DNA of 64,000 nt from an uncultured virus (IMG/VR IMGVR_UViG_3300008108_000201) (taxonomy: Duplodnaviria > Heunggongvirae > Uroviricota > Caudoviricetes), in IMG/VR virus record IMGVR_UViG_3300008108_000201. One strand, given 5' to 3'. The notes under the pieces are model-generated. The model was given only the letters and a program-made list of their open reading frames with translations. It searched no databases and was not told the origin of the DNA. Below, in pieces: positions 29,002 to 39,378 of the stretch. Both the position numbers and the translations under genes were made by a program. How positions within the stretch are numbered: position 1 is the stretch's first letter; the number at the start of each line of letters is the position of its first letter.

Positions 29002-30912
29002 ATGGCTAACGAGTTTGTAACCAGGTGCGGATTAGTATCCCGCGATAATTCTCAAATGTCCGGTTCTTTACAGGCAACCGGATCACTAGGTGTGACAGGA
29101 AGCGTTGGATTTGCTTACAATACACTAGTAGCAGGAGCTGCAGCTTGGTCGGCAGGAGGAGCTATGATCACTGCTAGATCCTTCCTAGCAGGAGCAGGTA
29201 CGCAAAATGCAGGTCTTGCATTTGGTGGATATTTCGCCCCTGCAGTTAGAGCTTGTACAGAAGAGTATAATGGCTCATCTTGGACTGCCGGCGGTACAAT
29301 GATTACTGCTAGACGGACATTAGCAGGAGCAGGAATACAAAATGCAGCTCTTGCTTTTGGAGGAAGTCCAACGGGCGGGGTAGCATGCACAGAAGAATAC
29401 GATGGAGCTTCGTGGACCGTTGGCGGTGCTTTATCAACAGCTAGATATGAGCTAGCAGGTGCAGGTACGCAAAATGCAGGCTTAGCCATCGGTGGAGTTA
29501 CCATTTTTGGTGTACAATCTTGTACAGAAGAATATGACGGTACTTCATGGTCAGCAGGCGGTGCTTTAAGTACTGCTAGATTCGCACTAGGAGGTGCAGG
29601 TACGCAAAACGAAGCACTTGCTTTCGGAGGTATGAATTCAGGGTACATTCAAGTATCCTGCACCGAAGAGTATAACGGAACATCATGGTCGTCAGGCGGT
29701 GCTTTAATAACAACCAGATTCAGATTAGCAGGAGCAGGTACGCAAAACGCTGGTCTAGCTTTTGGAGGGTATACCAACACAAGAGTTAGCTGTACAGAAG
29801 AATATAGTGGAACCTCATGGACGGTAGGCGGTGCTATGATTACTGCAAGACAATATCTAGCCGGAACTGGAGATTCAAACTCTTGTGCACTTGCTTTTGG
29901 CGGAATGGCCCCATCCGCAGTAGCATGCACAGAAGAATATGCAGCAACTACAACAGTATCAACAGTAAAAACATTCGACTATTCGTCAACAACGGGTAAT
30001 ATAGCAGCAACCGGATCTTTATTCGGTACTGCATCTTACGCAACATTAACAGCTAGAGCAGAAACAATATTTCCGTTTACAGGCTCGGCTATAATGAGCG
30101 GTAGTTTACAATTGACCGGCAGTCTTTTTGTAACAGGCTCGCCTGTAACCATTCTCTCAAGCGTTTACATGAATCCCCAAACTTTACTTGGAGATGTAAA
30201 CATACCCGATAATACAAATGCATTAATTTTAGGCCCTTACACTATTTCCGGCAGTATTAATTTAGGTACAAGTTCGAGTTTACTTGTTATAGATGATTTT
30301 AATGCGTTAGCTACGACCGGATCCAATACATTCAACGGTGATCAAATCGTAAACGGAAGTATAAGTGCTACAGGAGGCTTTACAGGATCTCTATTAGGAA
30401 ATGCTAGTACAGCAACAACTGCAAGTAATGCAACTACAGCCTCATATATCCTAAACGCAGTATCTAGCTCATTTGCTACTTCAGCATCTAGGGCAGAAAC
30501 AATATTTCCATTTACAGGATCGGCTATTATTAGCGGTAGCTTGATTATTACAGGATCTGCAAGTATTAGTACAACTTTAACTGCACAGAGTATTGTTGAG
30601 ACGTCTGCTTTAAGGTATAAAGAAAATATTAAAGATTTGCAACCAATAGACGCTATCTATAAATTACGTCCTGTAACTTTCAATTGGAAAAATACACCAA
30701 AGTATGATATAGGTTTTATAGCAGAAGAAGTACAGGGTATAATTCCAGAATTAGTAGAATTGAATGAAAACGGCGAAGTAGAAGGCATCAAGTATTCTAA
30801 GATATCTACCCTTGTAGTTAAAGCCTTGCAATCCCAGGAAAAACAAATCAAAGAATTGCAAGAGCAAGTCACTAGATTGACTAAAGAAATCAATGATTTA
30901 AAGAATACATAA
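29002..30912 (+). CDS. Tail fibre with a six-bladed Kelch-like propeller and a C-terminal intramolecular chaperone (peptidase S74-like)
   Basis: Six repeats W-x-x-GG-x-[ML]-x-TAR...GAGTQNA-x-LAFGG...CTEEY; C-terminal TSALRYKENIKDL...LRPVTFNWK...GFIAEEV followed by a coiled coil. Confidence 0.85.
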   Translation: MANEFVTRCGLVSRDNSQMSGSLQATGSLGVTGSVGFAYNTLVAGAAAWSAGGAMITARSFLAGAGTQNAGLAFGGYFAPAVRACTEEYNGSSWTAGGTMITARRTLAGAGIQNAALAFGGSPTGGVACTEEYDGASWTVGGALSTARYELAGAGTQNAGLAIGGVTIFGVQSCTEEYDGTSWSAGGALSTARFALGGAGTQNEALAFGGMNSGYIQVSCTEEYNGTSWSSGGALITTRFRLAGAGTQNAGLAFGGYTNTRVSCTEEYSGTSWTVGGAMITARQYLAGTGDSNSCALAFGGMAPSAVACTEEYAATTTVSTVKTFDYSSTTGNIAATGSLFGTASYATLTARAETIFPFTGSAIMSGSLQLTGSLFVTGSPVTILSSVYMNPQTLLGDVNIPDNTNALILGPYTISGSINLGTSSSLLVIDDFNALATTGSNTFNGDQIVNGSISATGGFTGSLLGNASTATTASNATTASYILNAVSSSFATSASRAETIFPFTGSAIISGSLIITGSASISTTLTAQSIVETSALRYKENIKDLQPIDAIYKLRPVTFNWKNTPKYDIGFIAEEVQGIIPELVELNENGEVEGIKYSKISTLVVKALQSQEKQIKELQEQVTRLTKEINDLKNT

Positions 30913-31031
30913 TACTCAGTTATATATTAGAAATAACATTACTCGTTCTTAGATTTCTATCTTAAGATGGTACTATTTATAGATACGATTGTTTATTTCT
31001 TTAATATTCTAGCTGATAAAACAAATCTATA

Positions 31032-34000
31032 ATGAGTACTCTTAAGGTAAATAATATTACACCTTTTACAGGGAATTCCGTAACTATATCCGGACAGTTA
31101 ATAACTTCCGGTAGCTCTGCTCAACTTACAGGCTCTCTGTTTGGAAGCTCCTCATATGCCACTAGTGCATCATATACAGTTAACGCTACGACCGCCTCAT
31201 TTGCCACTAGTGCATCATATACAGTTAACGCTACGACCGCCTCATTTGCCGCTACTGCATCGTATGTCGCTAATGTCAATCCATTCCCTTTTACAGGTTC
31301 TGCGATTGTGAGCGGATCTGTAGTAGTTACAGGAAGCATGCTACTTGCTTATAACAGACTTATACCGGGCCTCTCCGGATGGTCAACAGGCGGATCTTTA
31401 ATTGTAGCCAGAAGCTGTGGTGCTGGAACAGGAACACAAAATGCCGGTCTAGCCGCTGGAGGTTACGGACCTCCTGGTGCTGTCTACCAGTGTACAGAAG
31501 AGTATGACGGAACATCGTGGACGGCGGGCGGAGCAATGATCGGCCTCATGTGTGCAAACGCAGCAGCAGGTACACAAAATGCCGGTCTTACTTTCGCAGG
31601 TAGGAACCCTTCAAAACAATGTTCTGAAGAGTATGACGGAACATCGTGGACAGCGGGCGGTACTTTGATTGACGTGTCGTGCTTACGTACAGGTGCAGGG
31701 ACACAAAACGCCGGTTTAGCGTTCGGTGGATTTGGTGCATATCAATGCACAGAAGAGTACGATGGGACATCGTGGACGGCGGGCGGAGCAATGATTATAG
31801 GTGGATCTGCAGCAGCCGGAGCTGGTACGCAAAACGCCGCACTATCGATTGCTGGCGCTTCACCTAGTCCTTCGTTTGCTATTATGGCTTGTTCTGAAGA
31901 ATATGACGGAACATCCTGGGCAGTAGGCGGTGCATTAAGTCAAGCGAGATATACGCTAGGAGGTGCAGGTATACAAAATGATGCTATTGCATTTGGAGGA
32001 TGTAATTTTCCCGGCTATACAACTTCTAACTGTACCGAACAGTATAACGGAACAACCTGGTCGAGCACTTCTGCTATGATTTGTGGAAGAATTTACGTAA
32101 GGGGTGCAGGAGCATCAGGAACTTCAGCTCTAGCATTTGGAGGATATAAAATAAGCCCTTTTGCTGTATTATCGTGTACTGAAGAATTTAGTGTGACCGA
32201 CCCGACAGTAGCAATGACATCAACATTTATTTACGATAATTTATCAGGATCGATATCAGCTACCGGGTCTCTTCTAGGAACAGCTTCTTTTGCAACAAAT
32301 GTAGGTATATTAACCGGATCACTTGTTACTAGCGGAAGCCTTATAGTAACAGGAAGCGCACAGTTCAGTTACCTCGGTACATTCGGAGGCTGGTCTGCAG
32401 GCGGTGCATTAATTACTGCTAGATGGATCTTGGGAGGAGCAGGTTGGGAGGAGCAGGCACACAAAACGCCGGCTTAGCCTTCGGCGGTTACTGTGCCCCT
32501 ACAATTCGAGCGTGTACAGAAGAATATAATGGAACATCGTGGACAGCAGGCGGTGCATTAATCACCGCCAGAACCTACCCAGTAGGAGCAGGTACACAGA
32601 ACGCCGGTCTTGCTGCTGGAGGAAGTTATACTACTTGTACAGAAGAATACGATGGAAACACATGGACAGCAGGCTGTGCTATGATTAGTGATTGCAGCCA
32701 ACGAGCAGGAGCAGGAAGTCAGAACGCAGCTCTAGCATTTGGAGGTTCGTATCCCAGACAGTCGATTACAGAAGAGTATGACGGTACAACATGGACATCA
32801 GGCGGTGCTTTAATTATTGCTGTTCGTCAACTCGCAGGAGCTGGTACACAAAACGCCGGTCTTTCTTTTGGCGGTGTTAACCCTAGTGCAACAAATGTAA
32901 CTGAAGAATACGACGGTACGTCTTGGGCGACAGGAGGTACTTTAAACACAGCAAGAGCTGATCTCGCTGGCGCAGGTACACAAAACGCAGGTTTAGCTAT
33001 GGGAGGAGGAAATGCAGGCTGTACAGAAACATATAACGGAACTTCTTGGACTACGAGCGCTGCATTAATTACTGCTAGATATCAACTTGCAGGAGCTGGA
33101 ACACAAGCATTAGGGTTAGCCTTTGGAGGTCGTAGTAATGCTCCACAATTTTCTTGTACAGAAGAATTCATACTTCCTTACTTTGAAGCAGTTAGAACTT
33201 TTAACTACTGTAATACAAATGGAGCGATATCAGCAACCGGTTCTTTATTCGGTACCGCTTCGATAGCTTTAAGCGCTTCATTTGCCACCAGTGCATCTAG
33301 CGCGATAACAATATTTCCTTTCACAGGTACTGGATCTGTAAACGGAAGCCTGATAGTTACCGGCTCTTTAAATACATCCGGATCTAAAACCAACATAGGC
33401 CCTTTTATAAATACCGGATCCGTAACTTTCTCCGGCTCTCTAACTCATACAGGAGGTGTAGGATTCTGCTATCTCGCCGGTAGCCCAACAGGACCTGCCG
33501 CTTGGTCTGCAGGCGGTGCTTTAATCACGGCCCGAGGTGCTGGTGCAGGAGCCGGAACGCAGAATGCCGGTCTTTTAGCTGGAGGAAATCCATTCACTAC
33601 AAACACCGAAGAATATAACGGTACGTCCTGGTCAGGAGGCGGCGGACTACCAATCTTAGTCACCAGTATGGCAGCAGCAGGAACACAAAATGCTGCATCA
33701 GCCTTCGGAGGAAATACGCCAGGCGGAGTCAGTAGTTGTACAGTAGAGTACGACGGGACATCCTGGTCTGCAGGAGGTAATTTAATCTGTGCTAGACAAT
33801 GCCCTGCAGGCGCAGGAACACAAAACGTCGGACTTGCGATGGGAGGATCCTTAGCAGCTTCCCCTTTTGCACTACTAGCTTGTACGGAAGAGTATGATGG
33901 TACCTCTTGGACAGCCGGCGGTGCAATGATTACAGCAAGAACTAGTCTAGCCGGAGCAGGAACACAAAACGCCGGACTTGCGATGGGAGGTTTTACTGGT

Positions 34001-34480
34001 GCTCGCGTTACATGTACAGAAGAATATAATGGAACATCCTGGGCAGCAGGCGGTGCAATGATTACTGCTAGAAATAGCCTCGGAGGTGCAGGTACGCAGA
34101 ATGCAGGCCTCGCTTTTGGAGGTTACGATGGTTCAGTCGCACGAACTTGTACAGAAGAGTACAACGGAACATCGTGGTCGGCGAAAGCTGCTATGATTAC
34201 AGCTAGACGAAATCCAGGTGGAGCAGGTATAACATCCTGTGCTCTTGCTATGGGAGGAGATGTACCAGCAGGTCAATGTAGTTGTACAGAAGAATTTACT
34301 GCAGCTACTGTCTTCGCTTTTAACAAAACTTTCGACTATTCTTCTTCATCAGGAGCCGTAATTCTATCCGCTGTATCCGCTAGCTTAAATTTTGCAGACG
34401 ATACCGAAGCAGCAACCGGAGGAATACCGCTCGGAGGGCTTTATAGAAGTGGAAGCCTCATTAGAATAAGATTAAGTTAA
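31032..34480 (+). pseudogene. Fibre protein with three Kelch-like propellers, split into ORFs 31032..32477 and 32423..34480 by a 14-bp tandem duplication
   Basis: TTGGGAGGAGCAGG occurs twice in tandem (32430-32443 and 32444-32457). Removing one copy restores ARWILGGAGTQNAGLAFGG and a single 1144-aa ORF with 18 Kelch-like repeats. Confidence 0.8.
31158..31247 (+). repeat. Exact in-frame 45-bp tandem duplication (ATSASYTVNATTASF x2)
   Basis: GCCACTAGTGCATCATATACAGTTAACGCTACGACCGCCTCATTT at 31158-31202 and 31203-31247. Confidence 0.9.
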
Positions 34481-34510
34481 CTACTTTTAACAACTGATAA
34501 AGCAAAAAAA

Positions 34511-34747
34511 ATGAAATACTTTGTAGCAGAAAACACCGGAAAAGGGTTCATTACTCACCAAGACAGCGAAAGATCACATATTGCAGGCTATCCAGGTAAT
34601 GTCTGGGCTACTGAAAGTAATGAAGCCTGGGCATCACGCACTAATGCTGTAGAAAAGACCAGAGATGAGGCTCAAGCTCTCATCGACGCAGCTATCGCTG
34701 GAGTAACTGATCCTGAAGGAAAACAAATAGTTATAACTCTTCCATAA
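34511..34747 (+). CDS. Small hypothetical protein following the Kelch fibres
   Basis: 78-aa ATG ORF with an A-rich leader. Confidence 0.65.
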   Translation: MKYFVAENTGKGFITHQDSERSHIAGYPGNVWATESNEAWASRTNAVEKTRDEAQALIDAAIAGVTDPEGKQIVITLP

Positions 34748-34752
34748 AAAGA

Positions 34753-34782
34753 GTTGTAATATTGAAAAATAGTTATTATATT
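34753..34782 (+). promoter_or_regulatory. Host-sigma-type (early/middle) promoter GTTG-N20-TATATT
   Basis: Same spacing as the copies at 47509, 58749, 60540 and 63898; directly upstream of the tailoring operon. Confidence 0.6.
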
Positions 34783-34802
34783 AAATTAATTGAAATATTG
34801 TT

Positions 34803-35507
34803 ATGAGTGAAAATCAAGAAAAACAGAGTTACGAATTAGCTATCCCTAGTGATTTACAGAATATTCTAGCGGTTCTCAAACCGGAAGATGCAAAAGAAGT
34901 TTTAAGATTAAAAGAAGAACTGGCTGATAACTGGAATAAAAAGCAAATTTTCCGTACCGAAACGGAAATGCGTGTATCAGTTCTCAATGATGCCAAGCAC
35001 CCAACTCCTGCTTCTAAATACTGGCAATCTGTTAGAGAGATGTCTGCGCACTTTGATGCAATGATGAATCTCTCTTTTGATATGCGTAGGGCCGATGTTG
35101 AAAGACTTAAGCTCGAGCGTAAAATGAAAGAAGCAGAGTTAAAAGGAGATATGCTAGAAATCATGGAAATTCAGATTGATCTCGATCAGAATCTTTATGG
35201 AAAAGCCTGTATGGAACAAGTAGCTCACGATCGTGTAAGAGAAATTCAGACTTGGTCTAAAATTAAGACCGAACTTAACGACGGAAGTTTCGATGATAGA
35301 AATGTTAATACACATCAGGCTGAAAGTCTGGGATTGAGACTTGAAAATAGAGTTAAGGCATTAAGCCCTAATAGCGAACCCAGTGAAGTTATTAATGCTG
35401 TAGGTCCTCTACAGACTCTTCAGAGACTAAAAACAGAAGGTAATACGTTACTTACCTTTGAACAGACTCGTCAACAACTAACTCAACAAGCCGATTCCCA
35501 GCAATAG
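34803..35507 (+). CDS. Coiled-coil hypothetical protein, first gene of the tailoring operon
   Basis: 234-aa ORF with FRTETEMRVSVLND..HPTPASKYWQSVRE; function not assignable. Confidence 0.7.
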   Translation: MSENQEKQSYELAIPSDLQNILAVLKPEDAKEVLRLKEELADNWNKKQIFRTETEMRVSVLNDAKHPTPASKYWQSVREMSAHFDAMMNLSFDMRRADVERLKLERKMKEAELKGDMLEIMEIQIDLDQNLYGKACMEQVAHDRVREIQTWSKIKTELNDGSFDDRNVNTHQAESLGLRLENRVKALSPNSEPSEVINAVGPLQTLQRLKTEGNTLLTFEQTRQQLTQQADSQQ

Positions 35508-35527
35508 AGTAAAAATACCTAACAGTT

Positions 35528-36115
35528 ATGTTTTTCTACAGAAAAGAAAATGCCCTTTCCCCGGAATTATGTAAGTCTTTTATAGATTCCTTTGAAGCAT
35601 CAGAAGACAAGCGCCCTGGAGTATCCTACGGCCCTGATGGTACCGCTTCAACGGGAGCTAAAAAGTCTACTGATATTACCTTCCACCCCCAATACCGGAA
35701 TCACCCTGTATGGGGTACCTTGTTAGGCTCGTTAGTAGATGTCTTAGAAAGAGGACTTAGAGATTATAGAGATAGGCATTCTTTAGCTTTTTCTAATTTA
35801 GATCCATTACAAATAAGTTCGTTATTCAATCTACAACGTTATGATCCAGGTGAAGGTTTTTATGGATGGCATTGTGAAAGAGCTACTAACAGGTGTAATA
35901 CTAGGTATCTAGTTTGGATCTTATACCTAAACACTATCACGGACAGAGGTGAAACAGAGTTCTACTATCAACATCACTTTGAATCTGCTATACAAGGTAA
36001 ATTGGTTATTTGGCCTTCCGACTGGATGTATTTACATCGCGGTGTTCCTTCGCCTTCACAAACAAAGTATATACTAACCGGATGGTATACTATGATCGAT
36101 AGACAAGAAAAATAA
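35528..36115 (+). CDS. 2OG-Fe(II) oxygenase, prolyl-4-hydroxylase-like
   Basis: QRYDPGEGFYGWHCE (HxE), ILYLN, GETEF, LHRG, KYILTGW. Confidence 0.85.
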   Translation: MFFYRKENALSPELCKSFIDSFEASEDKRPGVSYGPDGTASTGAKKSTDITFHPQYRNHPVWGTLLGSLVDVLERGLRDYRDRHSLAFSNLDPLQISSLFNLQRYDPGEGFYGWHCERATNRCNTRYLVWILYLNTITDRGETEFYYQHHFESAIQGKLVIWPSDWMYLHRGVPSPSQTKYILTGWYTMIDRQEK

Positions 36116-36119
36116 ATAT

Positions 36120-36731
36120 ATGTTCCCATTAAAACCGTATAATGATTTTAAACCTCAGTCTAACTGGAGTACTTTTTACTATTTCAAGAACGTATTTAAC
36201 GATCAAATGATTCAAGAGTTAGATGAGATGGTAAAATCGAATTATAAATTTTCTAAAGGTAGAACAGGGGTTAGAGAGTTAGGAAGTGATACGGATTCTT
36301 ACAAGACTAATAACAGAGATATTGCCTATCTAAATCCAGCCCCACATACAAAATGGCTTTACGATATTTTATTTCCTTTAGTATTAGAAGCAAATAGTAA
36401 GTTATTTCACTTTGATATTGATACTGTAACCGACCCTATTCATTATGTCATCTATCCAACCGATGGCGGACACCTTGATTGGCATATGGATGTTGGAGCA
36501 TTAGGGGTTAATAAGAGAAAAATTGCCACCACTATTCAACTTTCTGATTCTAAAGACTACGAAGGCGGTGATTTTGAAATTTGGTTTGGCGGAAAAGAAT
36601 CTATTATTGTCCCGCGAGAAAAAGGAGATGTTATTTGCTTTCCAGCATTTTGTATGCATAGGGTGAGACCAATTACTAGAGGAGAACGTAAGTGTATGGT
36701 ATTTTGGACAGGCGGACGCCCATTTAGGTAA
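36120..36731 (+). CDS. 2OG-Fe(II) oxygenase, PKHD-type hydroxylase-like
   Basis: DWHMD (HxD), RKI...QLSD..DYEGGDF, FP...HRVRPITRGER. Confidence 0.88.
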   Translation: MFPLKPYNDFKPQSNWSTFYYFKNVFNDQMIQELDEMVKSNYKFSKGRTGVRELGSDTDSYKTNNRDIAYLNPAPHTKWLYDILFPLVLEANSKLFHFDIDTVTDPIHYVIYPTDGGHLDWHMDVGALGVNKRKIATTIQLSDSKDYEGGDFEIWFGGKESIIVPREKGDVICFPAFCMHRVRPITRGERKCMVFWTGGRPFR

Positions 36732-36742
36732 AAAAATATTTT

Positions 36743-37348
36743 ATGGAATTTAAAGTTTATGAACAACTCTGGTTTACAACCCCTGTATGGGAGTGTCCCG
36801 TATCAGGAATCGACAATCAATCTATCAAGCAGTACTGTTTAGAGACACGTAGACAGAAACCAGGAGTTACTATCTCAAATAGGGGAGGATGGCATAGCGG
36901 CGAACTGCTATTCCCTATACCTACAGCTCTTGAAAGGTTATTTAACGATCTCACAGTATTTGCAAATGATGTTTGTGCTCGATATACTGGAATCAAAGAT
37001 CTGCAATTAGGTAATTTTTGGATTAACATTAACGGACATCACGATTATAACCTAATACACGATCATCAAAGCAGTGTTTTATCAGGAGTATACTACGTAT
37101 CAGTTCCCCAGAGTAACATGGGAGATTTAGTGCTACATAGGGGAGACAACATGGAATTCTTTATGACAGGTAAAGTCGAAAGAGAACAGACAATGTCTAA
37201 TGCTCTATCGGTTACCAAGCCGGCTCAAGAATCTACTTTTTACCTATTTCCGAGCTGGGTCAAGCATCACGTCGAAAGAAACGAATCAAATCAAGAGAGA
37301 ATTTCAATAGCCTTCAATTTTGTACCTAAAGAGTTTATTAACAAATAA
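36743..37348 (+). CDS. Putative 2OG-Fe(II) oxygenase, TIGR02466-like
   Basis: SNRGGWHS, WININ, HDH, SGVYYV, FPSWVKHHV, RISIAFN. Confidence 0.85.
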   Translation: MEFKVYEQLWFTTPVWECPVSGIDNQSIKQYCLETRRQKPGVTISNRGGWHSGELLFPIPTALERLFNDLTVFANDVCARYTGIKDLQLGNFWININGHHDYNLIHDHQSSVLSGVYYVSVPQSNMGDLVLHRGDNMEFFMTGKVEREQTMSNALSVTKPAQESTFYLFPSWVKHHVERNESNQERISIAFNFVPKEFINK

Positions 37349-37361
37349 AATATAAAATCAC

Positions 37362-37571
37362 ATGAAACTATTCAATCTCGGAGATGCTTCTCCATCAGCA
37401 CGAATGACTTTTTTATCAATTGGACTTGTTGTTTTCCTCGGTAATTGGCTAACAGGATTCAGCAATGTTAGTTGGGTACTGTGGTTACCGCCAACTTTAC
37501 TGCCACTTGCTGCTTTAACCGGAATCTGTCCTTTCAAAATTATTTGGGAAAAGTTAGGCTTTAAAAAATGA
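37362..37571 (+). CDS. Small membrane protein, DUF2892/YgaP-like
   Basis: Two hydrophobic segments followed by LTGICP..I...LG. Confidence 0.6.
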   Translation: MKLFNLGDASPSARMTFLSIGLVVFLGNWLTGFSNVSWVLWLPPTLLPLAALTGICPFKIIWEKLGFKK

Positions 37572-37900
37572 TATTAATAACTGTATTTGTACTCACTGTA
37601 GGATTTTTATACTGGCTTATAGGCTATAGAAGAATATTAGAAAGATATTTAATGTTCTTTAAAAAAGAATATTGGACAGACTATAATACAGTAGAGTTTG
37701 CAGCCTGGATGGCTAAAGCTTTAATTATCGTACCGGGACTAGTTTTCGGTAAGGAGATTTGGTGGTTACATTTCTTTACACTTATAACCTCTTCTCTTCT
37801 TATTTGGGCTAGTATGCGAAAATCTTTACCTACCTTAATTGCTTTTAATACTCTTTGGATAGGAATTTCATTAACAATTATACTTAGAAACATACTTTAG
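37568..37900 (+). CDS. Hypothetical multi-pass membrane protein
   Basis: Three to four hydrophobic stretches; ATGA overlap. Confidence 0.65.
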   Translation: MILITVFVLTVGFLYWLIGYRRILERYLMFFKKEYWTDYNTVEFAAWMAKALIIVPGLVFGKEIWWLHFFTLITSSLLIWASMRKSLPTLIAFNTLWIGISLTIILRNIL

Positions 37901-37901
37901 T

Positions 37902-39377
37902 ATGCATATTTGCATAGTAGGTTCAGGAGCTAGTGGATGGCTGGTAGGTAATCAGTTAAAAGAACTTTCTTTTGTAGAGAAAGTAACGATAATAGGTTCC
38001 CCTAAAATACCACACATTGGGGTAGGTGAGTCAACTACATTGACATTACCTATGGCACATACAAAATTTAATGTTAAACTTGAAGATTTTATAAGAGAAT
38101 CGCATGCAGCTGTAAAATACGGAGTATATTATAAAGGATGGAGTAAGCACGACTGGATTCATTTTTTTAAGTCTGAGATACCTTTTAAAAAAACTAAATT
38201 ATCTGCAAGAAAGTATATAATGTTACTAGGTAATAAAGACCCTGAAACATTCATACACGATATCTACGGTTCCACAATATGGAATGAAGTAGTTGGTAAA
38301 AATAACGTATTTCCAGAGAACTATGGAATGGAGTTAGAAAACGAATATCCGAATACGTACCATTTTGATGCAGGTCAGTATATAGAATTTTTAAAAAAGC
38401 AAGCATTTAAATCCTCTAAAGTAGAGTTTATAGCAGATACTGTTGACCGGGTTAATTTTATAGAACAAGGGTATATTCCAAATTTGATGTTGGAAAGCGG
38501 GAGAATAGTAGAGGCTGATTATTATATAAATACAACAGGCCAGAATTTAAAAGTAAAGAATGTATTTAACGAACAGTACGATAGTATAGGAGATGTTTTG
38601 CTGACAACTAAAGCTGTCGTTTACCCACTTCCTTATACAAATAAAAGAGAGCAGTTTCACCCTTACACGGTAGCGAAGACCATGAAATACGGGTGGAGAT
38701 GGATTACTCCAACATGGGAAAGAATAGGGACAGGCTATACTTTTTCTGAAAACCATGTAAGCGTAGATCAAGCGATAAATGAATTTATAACGGATATAGG
38801 GGATGAATCTATTATACCTAGTGTAGTTGATTTTAGACCTCGGGTTAACAGGCAGACGTTTAAAATTAATAGTTGTTCAATTGGAATGGCTAACGGATTT
38901 TTAGAACCTCTAGATGCCCCCGGTTTAGCTTTAACTAGTACAGTTACCGTAGTATTAGAGAGAGTTCTTGAAACCTACCACCAGGCATTCAAAGATAAGA
39001 GTGTAAAGTATAACGGAAATTATAATAATAATGCTCTAATTTTTGCAAACAGTGAAATTAAAAAAGCTTATAAATTCTGGACAACTTTTATTTTAAATCA
39101 GTATAAAACCTGTCATAGGTTTGATACTCCATTTTGGATAGATCAAAAACAGGTAAAGTGGGATGATTGGACTTTAGCAATGAAAGACCTTAATGCTTAC
39201 TGTGATTTAATCAAAAACGATTACGACGTGATGATGCTTGCTCAAACTACCGCAGCACGAAATATTCAATATTATACCCCGGTATCTAAAGAAATAAGAC
39301 CTATAAAATTACCAGAGACAGTACCAACAGCTATGCATCATTTTGATTATATTGAAAGTTTTCATAGATTAAAGTAG
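37902..39377 (+). CDS. Flavin-dependent tryptophan-halogenase-family protein
   Basis: IVGSGASGW (GxGxxG), IGVGEST, AVKYGVYYKGW, YHFDA, GWRWITP, RIGTGY, GFLEPLD. Confidence 0.85.
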   Translation: MHICIVGSGASGWLVGNQLKELSFVEKVTIIGSPKIPHIGVGESTTLTLPMAHTKFNVKLEDFIRESHAAVKYGVYYKGWSKHDWIHFFKSEIPFKKTKLSARKYIMLLGNKDPETFIHDIYGSTIWNEVVGKNNVFPENYGMELENEYPNTYHFDAGQYIEFLKKQAFKSSKVEFIADTVDRVNFIEQGYIPNLMLESGRIVEADYYINTTGQNLKVKNVFNEQYDSIGDVLLTTKAVVYPLPYTNKREQFHPYTVAKTMKYGWRWITPTWERIGTGYTFSENHVSVDQAINEFITDIGDESIIPSVVDFRPRVNRQTFKINSCSIGMANGFLEPLDAPGLALTSTVTVVLERVLETYHQAFKDKSVKYNGNYNNNALIFANSEIKKAYKFWTTFILNQYKTCHRFDTPFWIDQKQVKWDDWTLAMKDLNAYCDLIKNDYDVMMLAQTTAARNIQYYTPVSKEIRPIKLPETVPTAMHHFDYIESFHRLK

Positions 39378-39378
39378 T

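Noticed and set aside
29100..34345. CRISPR array or diversity-generating retroelement suggested by regularly spaced DNA repeats
   Set aside because: The repeats are degenerate, in frame and encode Kelch-like blades. No cas or reverse transcriptase gene, and no template/variable pair differing only at adenines, was seen in this window.
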